DNA from: Neocallimastix sp. 'constans'
Lineage: Eukaryota
Reading direction: 5' to 3'
Assembly: GCA_050613775.1 (NCBI GenBank)
Contig: JBODTK010000123.1
Coordinates: 434,001 to 498,000 of the forward strand
DNA length: 64,000 nucleotides
Part shown: piece after piece, positions 43,771 through 56,629 of the stretch
Layout: the number at the start of each line of letters is the position of its first letter
Numbering within the stretch: position 1 is the stretch's first letter
Translations under genes and position numbers: made by a program
Notes under the pieces: generated by a model
What the model saw: only the letters and a program-made list of their open reading frames with translations
What the model was told of the DNA's origin: nothing
The model's database searches: none

Positions 43771-45401
43771 TTATAAATTTTAATATATAGTTTTTAATTA
43801 TATCTTTTAAATTATTATATTAATTATCTAAATATTATTTTTTAATATTAATTCTGAACAATTAAATATTCAATTTTTTTTTAAAAGATAAAAAGTATTT
43901 TAATTATTTCTTTTTCTTTTAATTTTTTTTAAAAAAAAACAGATACATAAAGTATATATGAAAATATTTTAATTTTTATTATTTAAAAATAAATTATTTA
44001 TTTAATGTATATAAAAAAAATTTAATTATTTATTTATTCTAAATTAATATTAATTATTTTTTTTAATATATACTAATAAAGAATTTATGAATTAATTAAT
44101 TATTTTATTTATATTATAATCTAATTAAATTATTAACTTTTAAGTCTTTTTAAAACAACAAATATATATAGCATTTTTTAGCATATAAAGTAGAACTGGG
44201 CTTTCTTCTGGTTGTTATGTGGCGGACTTAATAATCATCTGGTATCTATTCTTTATCTGATTTTCCCGATAGGGTTTGGAGAAAGGGTAAAGGGGTTATA
44301 ATGGCACAATTTCAGGTAAGTATTAATTCCGCTCCTACCATTATTGGATTGCCACGTATTTAATTTCTATATTTGATCACCCATGGCATCCTAGTGTAGT
44401 TGTATAGCCTATACTGTGAGGGTTACGAGTTCAATTTCTATAGGATAACACGGATGTTATTTGACATGTCTACTGGAGCTACCTCTGCTTAGGAATTTGG
44501 AGCGCCGACGTCGTACTGATATAGTATAAGATATATATACCAAAGTATATATGTTCTTTACAAGCCCATATATATAATATGGAATAGACATGTGAATTCA
44601 TATGTGTAAAAAACCTATTTATATATCTCTACAAAACGGTTGCTGTAATATATAAATAGTAATTGAAATGTGAACAACAAATTTTAATTTTTGAAATTTC
44701 AATTTACAGCTATAATTTAAGTCTTATAAAAATATTATTTTGTAATTTTTATTATTATTTAATATTTTATTTATAAATTATATATAAAATAAAAGGTTTA
44801 ATTCTATTATTAAGATGTTATAATAACAACTAAAGTTTTAGTTATAATATAAAAAATTAATATTTTAAATAATATTAATTTAAATATAAATTTATAAAAT
44901 AAAATTTTTTAATAATAAAATATAAAAATATTATATTGATATTAATAATAAAATATAAAAATATAAAAATATAAAAATATAATATTAATAGAAAAATATA
45001 AAAATATAATATCAATAATAAAATATAAAATATAAAAATATAATATAAATATTAATAATAAAATATAAAAAATAAGGTTATAAAGAAAATAATTATTTAT
45101 CATTTTCCTTATAACATGATTGTCAAAAAAAAAAAAAAATTATATAAAAATATTTTATTTTTTATTGACCTTTTTAATTTTTATTTATTTATTTATTTAC
45201 TTATTTATTTATACATTTATTTCTTTTTTACTTAAAATTATATTAAATTTTATGGCGTAATAATATAAATTTTAAAAGCCACAAATAAATAGATGGCTTA
45301 TTAAAATTTCAAAAAAAAAAAAATTGGCGAAATGGACCACATTCTAAAAAATTAAATATATTTTATTTTTAACCATTAAAAAAAAGGAAAAGAATCCATA
45401 A

Positions 45402-45470
45402 ATTGAAATAAGTGAAACAAATAAAGGAAAAGAACCGATTATTATAAAATAAAAAATATAAATATAATTT
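45402..45470 (+). mobile_element. Degenerate N-terminus of an older MULE transposase
   Basis: IEISETNKGKEPIIIK*..KYKYN aligns with IYISESNKGEEQIIINKQYKFN of the intact transposase. Confidence 0.7.
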
Positions 45471-45693
45471 ATATATTTAAAATTAAATATTATTAAATAT
45501 TATTTTATTATTTTAACAAAAAAAAAAATTAAAATATATCTTTAAAATTAAATAAAATATTAAATATTTTATGTCACTTTACATAATCAGTTTATTTAAT
45601 TCCACCAGATTTCATATTAAAGCCACTTTCCAAAATGAGAAGACCTGTATTGATAATTTAACTTTTATTATTAAAAATTAAGATATAATATAT

Positions 45694-45977
45694 GGGTGTG
45701 GGGTGGGTGTGGGGCATTTCGCCAAATTGCATTTCGCCAAATTGAAAATTATTAAATAAATAAATAAATCAATAAATAAAATTAAATATTATTAATATCG
45801 CATAAAAACAATTTTAAAAAAAATATATTTTGAATTAATATTTATTTATTTATTCATTTTATTTATATCAATACTCTACTTGTCGAAATGCAACTTGGGG
45901 AAATGCAACATTTTAATACTACGCCACTGGCGAAATGCAACCTGGCGAAATGCAATTTGGGGAAATGCAACTCTCCC
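45694..45977 (-). mobile_element. Non-autonomous MULE-type MITE, copy 2
   Basis: Inverted relative of 30317-30598. 9-bp TSD ATAATATAT at 45685-45693 and 45978-45986. The terminal GGGTGTGGGG is duplicated. Confidence 0.9.
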
Positions 45978-46043
45978 ATAATATATATATTAATATATAT
46001 ATTTAATATTTAATATTTAATATTTAATATTTAACAATAATTT

Positions 46044-46076
<33 letters not shown>

Positions 46077-47439
46077 AATTTTAAATTATCTTTTTTTATT
46101 TAAAAATAGTTTTGATAAAAATCAATGAATTTAGTATTATTATAAATAATATTTATTCTACATCAATTTAGCTAATGAATTTTTTAATTGATTAAATTAA
46201 AATAACATTGTAATGAAAATATATATGAAAAAATAAAGAAGAAAATTTACTAATAAAGATCATCATATTTATTTTAAGATATTTATAATAAATTATAATT
46301 GCTACAAAAAAAAAAAAAGTTATTTTTCTTTTTTAAAATTATTAACATTTAAAATAAATTAATAATTCACATATATATATATTAATTTTATAGTATAGTA
46401 TGTTAATTTTATTTAATTTTAAATTATTTTATGAAGTTTAAAAAAGTATTTTATTATGTTTATATATATATGTATATATATATTTAAAAAGATATTTCAC
46501 GAGAATTTAAATATTTTCATTATTTTCATTAGTAAAATAAATTAAAAAATAAAAATATATTTTCTTAATTTAAATAATATTGATTTAAAATATTGAAATT
46601 TTTTTATATATAATTTAATTTTTAAAAATAATAGTGAAAAAGTATTAATATTTAATTAACTACATATTCTTTAACCTTGAAATTATTAAACTATGACTTA
46701 TGCATTAATCTTTCATCTTTAATACTAACGTGATTTCTTTATAGCTTAATTATATTAATTTTTTTGAATTTTGGATTCTTTTATCTTTAATAATATTAAC
46801 ATGATTTCTTTAGATATTAACGTGATTTTTTTAGAGTTTTAAAATTACATTATTTAAAGTTATTTCAATTATAACTTTTTTTTTTCTTTATCTAAAGGCT
46901 GTTAACATTTATTTAAATAATAATAATAATAATATAGAAATAATAAAACCCCTGAGGGGGCTGAAACCAAGGGCGGTACACACCGAAAATAAGAAAAAAA
47001 ATTTAAAAATAATTAAAACAAAAACTATTCTGATGATAAATTATATATCTAAATCTATCTATATAATAATTTTAAATAATATTGAAATGATTTTTTTTTT
47101 TATTTGGTTATGGCTTTTTTATTTTATTTTATTTTTCTAAATAGTAATTATAGTCTAATTAAATTATGCTATCATATGAATAAATGAGTTACATTTAAAC
47201 CAATATGAAATTTAGAGCCACATTTTAATTGAAAGGAATTGTCTACAATTAAATGAAATTAGAAAAATCCTTAAATGTTTTCTATGAAATAGCCTCTTAA
47301 TAATATTTTTTATGTATAGCCTTAATATTTATAATTTCAATAAAGAATATTGATGTATATGCATTCATATGAATAAAATAAAGCAAACGAACAAAAAAAA
47401 AAAAAAACATTAAAATTCAGAAATATTTATTATTTCATT

Positions 47440-49080
47440 ATTTTATTACTTATTATTTATTTATTATTTATTATTTATTATTTATTATTTATTATTCAAT
47501 TATTTAAAATTATTTATTATTTATTATTTATTATTTATTATTTATTATTCAATTATTTAAAATTATTTATTATTTATTATTTATTATTTATTATTTATTA
47601 TTTATTATTTATTATTTATTATTTATTATTTATTATTTATTATTTATTATTTATTATTTATTATTTATTATTTATTATTTATTATTTATTATTTATTATT
47701 TATTATTTATTATTTATTATTTATTATTTATTATTTATTATTTATTATTCAATTATTTAAAATTATTTATTATTTATTATTTATTATTTATTATTTATTA
47801 TTCAATTATTTAAAATTATTTATTATTTATTATTTATTATTTATTATTCAATTATTTAAAATTATTTATTATTTATTATTTATTATTTATTATTCAATTA
47901 TTTAAAATTATTTATTATTTATTATTTATTATTTATTATTTATTATTTATTTTATTATATATTATTTATTTATTATTTTTAAAAGAATAATTATTTAAAT
48001 AAGTTGACCATTTAATGTATAGAAATTAAATAAAATGAATAGACTACATAATATATATGATTTTGTTTATTTAAAATAAAAACAAAAAACAAAAATAAAA
48101 AACAAAAAACAAAAACAAAAACAAAAACAAATAAATTTTTCATTTATTAGAATTGGGACAAGTGAAGCAATACATTTTTTTTTTACATAGCTATTAATAT
48201 TTAATATATTACAATATATTACAATATATTATATTATATTATATTATATTATATTATAAAATATTGTATATATTTTCATATGATAAATTCAAAAATATAA
48301 AATTATATATGATTAGAAAATATTTATTATATTATTTAATTAGATTATATATTATTATTATATGATATACATACACTTATGTATAATTGTATTATTCAAA
48401 AATGAATCATATTACTATATTAAAATACCATTAATATATTTTTAAAATTTTCCTAATTACCTATGATTATATAAAAATTATAAAAAATAATATATAATAT
48501 ATAATAAATAAATAATAAAAAAATAAGCAATAAATAATAAATAATTAAATAATATATATTAAAATAAATAATAAATAAATAAACAATAAAATAAATAATA
48601 AATAATTAAATAATATATAATAAAATAAATAATAAATAATAAAATAAATAATAAATAATTAAATAATATATAATAAAATAAATAATAAATAATAAATAAT
48701 TTTAAATAATTGAATAATAAATAATAAATAATAAATAATAAATAATAAATAATAAATAATAAATAATAAATAATAAATAATAAATAATAAATAATAAATA
48801 ATAAATAATAAATAATAAATAATAAATAATAAATAATTGAATAATAAATAATAAATAATAAATAATAAATAATAAATAATAAATAATAAATAATAAATAA
48901 TAAATAATAAATAATAAATAATAAATAATAAATAATAAATAATAAATAATAAATAATTTTAAATAATTGAATAATAAATAATAAATAATAAATAATAAAT
49001 AATAAATAATAAATAATAAATAATATATAATATATAATAAATAGATAATAATAAATAATAAATAATAAATAATATATAAT
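47440..49080. repeat. Inverted pair of heptamer satellites (foldback-like)
   Basis: (TTATTTA)n at ~47440-47960 and (TAAATAA)n at ~48520-49080 share the interrupting 28-mer ATTATTCAATTATTTAAAATTATTTATT in opposite orientations. Confidence 0.75.
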
Positions 49081-50417
49081 TAATAATAAAAAATAAATAA
49101 TAAATATAATAAAAATATATAACTAATTGTAATAAATAAAATAATAAATAACAAACAATTTAAAATAAAACTAATACATGATAAATAATTTTTAAATTTA
49201 ATTTGTTATAATTTTTACTTTATATTTTTTTTTTTAATCAAATACAAAACAAATTAATTTATTTTATTTTATTTTATTTTATTTTTTTTTTAAATAATAC
49301 AATTTTTTATTTATTCCTTTCAGTAATTTTAAAAAATTAGTATTTGTCAAAAAATATAAATAAAAAAGAGTAATTTTAAATATAAGAAATTTATTCTTTT
49401 CTTTGTATATATTACTTTAAATTTTGATAAATTATATAGAAAGGAAATAGACCATAAATTCATAAAAAGTAACGCACAAAAAAAAATAAAGTTACATTGT
49501 TACATTAGAACTATTATAATAATAAAAAGAAGTAATCAACACTTTAGATAATACCCTTTTCATAAGAAAATAGTAAATATTTATTTTAATTTTAATAGCA
49601 ACAATATTATAAATATATATACACCTTTTTTCATTATTATTTTTTATTTGATAATTTTGATAAAATAATTTAAACTATATACATTGGTATTTCTCTTAAA
49701 TAAAAAAAAAGAATAACAAAATATGTATTTATGTTAAAAGCAAATACTTTGGAACAAAGGAAATATATATATATATTGATAATAAAAATAAGTTGAATAA
49801 TAATCATAAAAAGATAAAAAAAAACTTTGAAAGTGAATAATATTTATTACTGAAAGGATTATTATATATTTAATATTATTGTGATGTATTTATCATTTCA
49901 TAACAACAAAAAAAAGGATTTAAAATTTATTTCAAACTTATAAAATATTGAGTAATAAATTATATGATAAATAAAGCAGATATATATTTATTCTTTTGAT
50001 TATTATATAAAAGAAAGAAATAAATATCTTGAAATGTTTATGAATTTACTGTTACATATGAAATAATAGTATTTATTTTGTTTTAAGATCAAAATCAAAA
50101 TATATAAAAAGTAATATATATACATATTATAATATGATATATATAAATAATGTTCAAAAGGAAATTGATTAGAGAAATTTAAAGATATATGGATAAAGTA
50201 TAATAAACTCTGCATTCTCATTTAAAAAGTAAAAATAAAAGACAATGGAATATAAATACAATAATTAAAAAAAAAATATTTTTAGTAAACATAAATATAT
50301 ATTTTTTTTCATTAATATATTTTCTACAACATTAAATATCAATTAAAACTATCATAAATGAATATATATATATTTTTTAATAAATACATATAAAAATAAT
50401 TGACAACAAAATTTGAA

Positions 50418-50454
<37 letters not shown>

Positions 50455-50552
50455 AACGTATTATTAAACGCTTTTTTTTTTCTTTTTAAAAATATATATA
50501 TATATATATTTTATTTGTAACATTTTGAATATATAAATTTAAAAGAAAAAAA

Positions 50553-52129
50553 ATGAGTTCAACTGAAGAAGTTAAAAAGGTTGAAGCTGAAATTCCAGCT
50601 ACTCAAAATAAAGAAGAATCTAATAGTTCTGAAGAAGAAACTGAAAACAAAGTAGTTTTATCTGATGAACCAAAAAGTATTATTATGGGTATTATTGCTC
50701 AACTTCGTAAAGGTGCTGATTTACATCGTGTGACCTTACCAACTTTTGTTCTTGAACCAAGAAGTATGACTGAAAGAATTACTGATTTCTTAAGACATCC
50801 AGATATTTTACTTAGGTAATATAAAATATATATGTATATATTTTGAGATAAAAGTATCATAAAAAAAAAAAAAAAAAAAAAAAGCAAGTTATATATATTA
50901 TATATTTAATTTATTTAAAATATAATAAGATAGGCATGATAGAATAAAATTTGACTATAGAATATCATAATAATTAATACTATATTATTAAATTATTTAA
51001 AAATTTTTATTATATTATTTCTTTGAAAATTATTGATAAAAACAACAAATATATTTCCTTTTAAATAAAATAAAATAAAATAAAAAAAAAAAAAAAAAAA
51101 AAAAAAAGAATTCAAAATATTGATGATCCTATCGGTCGTTTCGTTGAAGTAGTTAAATATTTCTTAGCTGGTTGGCATATTATGCCAAAGGTATATATTA
51201 ATTTTTTTGTGATTATAAAATATAATATATAAACCAATATTAAATAAAAGAAAAATAATAATTAAATCAACGATTAATTATTAATACTTTTTTTTTTTTT
51301 TTATCATTCTTTTTTCATTATTATTATTATTTATCTATATACAATTTTATTTATTTATTCTTTATATTTAATATTTTCCTATAAACATAAAATAAAATTC
51401 AAATAAATGGGATAAATTAAATTTTATGCAAAATAAAAATTAATAATTCAATAGGGTGTGAAGAAACCATATAATCCAGTTCTTGGTGAAATTTTCCGTT
51501 GTAGATTTAAACATTCAGATGGTTCTGAAGCTTTCTATGTTTGTGAACAAACTAGTCATCATCCACCAATGTCTTCTTTCTTCTATTCTGTTCCAAAACA
51601 TGGTATTAAGGTCAATGGTGAATTAAAACCAAAGGCAAAGTTCTTAGGTAATAGTGCTGCTACCATTATGCAAGGTACTCACAGTTTATATTTTACAAAA
51701 CTTGATGAAACCTATTTAATTCCAATGCCAAATGTTTACGCTAGAGGTATTTTAATTGGAACTATGTTTATGGAATATGGTGATACTGTTTCTATTAAAT
51801 GTCCAAAGAATGATTTATCTGCTAGTATTGAATTTAAGACCAAGGTAAAAATTAGAATAATGAAAAATGAAATATATATATATATCAAAATAAATTACAT
51901 TAAATGTATTATTGAAAATTATATTATTTTTAATTAAATAGGGATTCTTTGGTGGAGGTTATAATAATATTTCCGGAAAGATTATGAAGGGAAAGGAAAC
52001 CTTATACACTTTATCTGGTAAATGGAGTAGTGTTATGTACATTAAGAAGCCAAAGGTAATATACTTTGAGTATAGATTTATATTAAATATAAATTTAATA
52101 ATTTTTTTCTTTTTTTTCTTTTTTTTCTT

Positions 52130-52172
<43 letters not shown>

Positions 52173-53154
52173 ATATCATTAAATATAATTATATATAAAA
52201 TTAATTTTATAAATTTTTATAATTTAAATTATTAATTAAATATTATTATCATATTATTTATTATCATATTATTATTTATTGTGTTTTATATCTTTTAATT
52301 AATAATTATTTATTATTATATTATTATTTATTATGTTTTATATCTTTTAATTAATAATTATTTATTATTATATTATTATATCATATAATCACTATATTAT
52401 TTGTTTATTACTTATTAAAATAATTTTTTTTTTAAAAAAAAAATAAAAATGAATAAAAATGAATAAACCGAAAATCTATCAACAAAACAAAACAAAACAA
52501 TTATTAATTCAAAAAAAAAAAAAAATTATTTCAATTCCTTAGGACAAGGAAAAGACTGTTTTCATTGATATTAGAAATGAAGAATTAACTCCTTTAATTG
52601 TTGAACCAAATGATAAACAAGAAGAATTTGAAGCCAGAAGATTATGGGAAAAGGTTACTGAAGGTTTAACTAAGAAAGGATTAGATTATGCTACAGAACA
52701 AAAGACAGCCATTGAAGACAATCAACGTTTGTTAGTTAAGAAGAGAGCTGATGAAGGTATTGAATGGAAACCAAGATTCTTTGTTCCAAGTGATGATGGT
52801 ATTCATGAATTTATTTCTCCATTAGATAAGTAAGTTATTTCAATTTATTATTATTATAAAATCATTATTTCTTTTAATATTTATAAATATATTTTTTTAT
52901 AATAAATTCTATTTTATTTATATATATTTCATGATAATGATGACTAAATTTTTAATTTATATTTATTTTCGTTTTCATTTAATTCCATTTTAATTTATTT
53001 AATAACTTTAAGGGTTACCTATGAAGATCCAATAGCAGCACAAAAGAAAATTGAAGAAGCTATTTTCTCATCACCAACTGAAGATCTATATAAGAGATTC
53101 TGGTTAACTGAAGAAGAAGCCAAAAATGTTCATTTAGATGATAAAAAGAAATAA
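50553..53154 (+). CDS. Oxysterol-binding protein-related lipid transfer protein (Osh6/Osh7, ORP5/8 clade), 425 aa
   Basis: Exons 50553-50815, 51109-51190, 51455-51844, 51942-52055, 52543-52829 and 53013-53154 (1278 nt, in frame). Motifs DLHRVTLPTFVLEPRS, GVKKPYNPVLGEIF, EQTSHHPP and K..IEDNQR...W.PRFF. Confidence 0.93.
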
Positions 53155-53178
53155 TAAATTATAATTGATGAAATTATA

Positions 53179-53214
<36 letters not shown>

Positions 53215-53380
53215 ATTAATAATAAATATTAATAAAATTAATAAAAAAATAGAAATAACAAAAAAAAAAAAAAAAAAAAAATTAAAAAAAAAAAAAAAAG
53301 AATTTTTTATTTTTAAAATCAATTCCACTCTAAAATATTATATTTAATGAATAAAATCAAATTAAAATTTAATCATATTA

Positions 53381-53422
<42 letters not shown>

Positions 53423-53655
53423 AAAAAAAAAAGAATAAAAAAGTCTTTATTATTTTTTTTTTAAATTTTTTTTTAACCTATAACACCATAACTAAATAAA
53501 TAAATATAAAAAAATATTAAAAATAAATAAATAAATAAATAAACAGACAGATAAATATATATATTTTTCTGTATTAATAATATTAAATAATAATAATAAT
53601 AATAGTATAATAATAGTAATAGAAAAAAAAAAAAAAAAAATTACATTTCATATAA

Positions 53656-53656
<1 letters not shown>

Positions 53657-53742
<86 letters not shown>
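53657..53742. repeat. (AAT)n microsatellite
   Basis: Pure AAT run. Confidence 0.9.
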
Positions 53743-53744
<2 letters not shown>

Positions 53745-53849
53745 ATTATTTATTCATTTATTTTTCTTGTCAAGGTTGATTCAATTCTATCCTTCATCTT
53801 CATCCTCATATCATTTCAGTCCACCGCTTCGTCCGTCAACTGCCCTTTT

Positions 53850-56255
53850 TTATATTTTATTTTATTTTATTTTATTTTATTTTATTTTATTTTATTTTAT
53901 TTTATTTTATTTTATTTTATTTTATTTTATTTTATTTTATTTTATTTTATTTTATTTTATTTTATTTTATTTTATTTTATTTTATTTTATTTTATTTTAT
54001 TTTATTTTATTTTATTTTATTTTATTTTATTCAATCTGTACTTATATTTATATTCTACTATTTATTTTATTTTATTTTATTTTATTTTATTTTATTTTAT
54101 TTTATTTTATTTTATTTTATTTTATTTTATTAAATTTGTACTTTATATTCATATTCTACTATTTATTTTATTTTATTCAATCTGTACTTCATATTTATAT
54201 TTAAACTATTTATTTTATTTTATTTTATTTTATTTTATTTTATTTTATTTTATTTTATTTTATTTTATTTTATTTTATTTTATTTTATTTTATTTTATTT
54301 TATTTTATTTTATTTTATTTTATTTTATTTTATTTTATTTTATTTTATTTTATTTTGTTTTATTTTATTTTATTTTATTTTATTTTATTTTATTTTATTT
54401 TATTTTATTTTATTTTATTTTATTTTATTCAATTTGTACTTTATATTCATATTCTACTATTTATTTTATTTTATTTTATTTTATTTTATTCAATTTGTAC
54501 TTTATATTCATATTCTACTATTTATTTTATTTTATTTTATTTTATTTTATTTTATTCAATTTGTACTTTATATTCATATTCTACTATTTATTTTATTTTA
54601 TTTTATTTTATTTTATTTTATTTTATTCAATTTGTACTTTATATTCATATTCTACTATTTATTTTATTTTATTCAATCTGTACTTCATATTTATATTTAA
54701 ACTATTTATTTTATTTTATTTTATTTTATTTTATTTTATTTTATTTTATTTTATTTTATTTTATTTTATTTTATTTTATTTTATTTTATTTTATTTTATT
54801 TTATTTTATTTTATTTTATTTTATTCAATTTGTACTTTATATTCATATTCTACTATTTATTTTATTTTATTTTATTTTATTTTATTTTATTTTATTCAAT
54901 TTGTACTTTATATTCATATTCTACTATTTATTTTATTTTATTTTATTTTATTTTATTTTATTTTATTTTATTCAATTTGTACTTTATATTCATATTCTAC
55001 TATTTATTTTATTTTATTTTATTTTATTTTATTTTATTTTATTCAATTTGTACTTTATATTCATATTCTACTATTTATTTTATTTTATTTTATTTTATTT
55101 TATTTTATTTTATTTTATTTTATTCAATTTGTACTTTATATTCATATTCTACTATTTATTTTATTTTATTTTATTTTATTTTATTTTATTTTATTCAATT
55201 TGTACTTTATATTCATATTCTACTATTTATTTTATTTTATTTTATTTTATTTTATTTTATTTTATTTTATTTTATTTTATTCAATTTGTATTTTATATTC
55301 ATATTCTACTATTTATTTTATTTTATTCAATTTGTACTTTATATTCATATTCTACTATTTATTTTATTTTATTTTATTTTATTTTATTTTATTTTATTTT
55401 ATTCAATTTGTACTTTATATTCATATTCTACTATTTATTTTATTTTATTTTATTTTATTTTATTTTATTTTATTTTATTTTATTTTATTTTATTTTATTC
55501 AATTTGTACTTTATATTCATATTCTACTATTTATTTTATTTTATTTTATTTTATTTTATTTTATTCAATTTGTACTTTATATTCATATTCTACTATTTAT
55601 TTTATTTTATTTTATTTTATTTTATTTTATTTTATTTTATTTTATTTTATTTTATTTTATTTTATTTTATTTTATTTTATTTTATTTTATTCAATTTGTA
55701 CTTTATATTCATATTCTACTATTTATTTTATTTTATTTTATTTTATTTTATTTTATTTTATTCAATTTGTACTTTATATTCATATTCTACTATTTATTTT
55801 ATTTTATTTTATTTTATTTTATTTTATTTTATTTTATTCAATTTGTACTTTATATTCATATTCTACTATTTATTTTATTTTATTTTATTTTATTTTATTT
55901 TATTTTATTCAATTTGTACTTTATATTCATATTCTACTATTTATTTTATTTTATTTTATTTTATTTTATTTTATTTTATTTTATTTTATTTTATTCAATT
56001 TGTACTTTATATTCATATTCTACTATTTATTTTATTTTATTTTATTTTATTTTATTTTATTTTATTTTATTTTATTTTATTTTATTTTATTTTATTTTAT
56101 TTTATTTTATTTTATTTTATTTTATTTTATTTTATTTTATTTTATTTTATTCAATTTGTACTTTATATTCATATTCTACTATTTATTTTATTTTATTTTA
56201 TTTTATTTTATTTTATTTTATTTTATTTTATTTTATTTTATTTTATTTTATTTAT
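53850..56255. repeat. Compound satellite: (TTTTA)n tracts punctuated by ~25 copies of a ~31-bp unit
   Basis: Unit CAATTTGTACTTTATATTCATATTCTACTAT at e.g. 54430, 54491, 54557, 54628 ... 56152. Variant CAATCTGTACTTCATATTTATATTTAAACTA at 54178 and 54674. Confidence 0.95.
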
Positions 56256-56629
56256 TAACGCTCTCTCTTCACTTAAGTTTTTTCAATTTATGAAGTTTTA
56301 TTAATTTTTATTAATAATAATTATTATATTATTTATTTATTATTATTATTACATGCATTTTAAAGTTAGAAAATCTCTTTTTTCATTTACACGTTTCTTT
56401 TCAAATAAACTTATTCCTATTGAATACAAGAAAAAAAGCTCTTCAATCCTTTGTTATTAGTAAAGTTATTTATTATTCTCCTCTACTTGGGTTCAAAAAA
56501 ATCTAGAACGACTAAAATTCAAAACATGAATTAATACTGTTCTATTTTGGTGTATCGGTTCCTTCTCTAAAAATGGTAAAAAATAATTAAATTTTTTTTT
56601 AAACTATATACAATTAAAGAAATGTTAAT

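Larger units (their letters stand above)
39966..45344 (-). mobile_element. Full-length Mutator-like element (MULE), 5.4 kb
   Basis: Imperfect TIRs GGGAGAGGTCCAAAACGCCAATTTTTT and (rc) GAATGTGGTCCATTTCGCCAATTTTTT (20/27 identical). Perfect 9-bp TSD TAAAAAATT at 39957-39965 and 45345-45353. Encloses a transposase ORF. Confidence 0.9.

Noticed and set aside
30317..45977. 15.6-kb composite transposon bounded by the two inverted MITEs
   Set aside because: The right MITE has its own 9-bp TSD, and the outer flanks (GGTTAAAAC vs ATAATATAT) do not match.
46945..46990. GC-rich motif CCCCTGAGGGGG...CGGTACACACCGAAA as a ribozyme
   Set aside because: Two small hairpins only; no CUGANGA core. Origin unassigned.
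53850..56304. CRISPR array, or long FYFIL-rich ORFs (649, 587, 487 aa)
   Set aside because: Spacers are just TTTTA multiples, there are no cas genes and the context is eukaryotic. The ORFs are stop-free translations of the satellite in all three frames.
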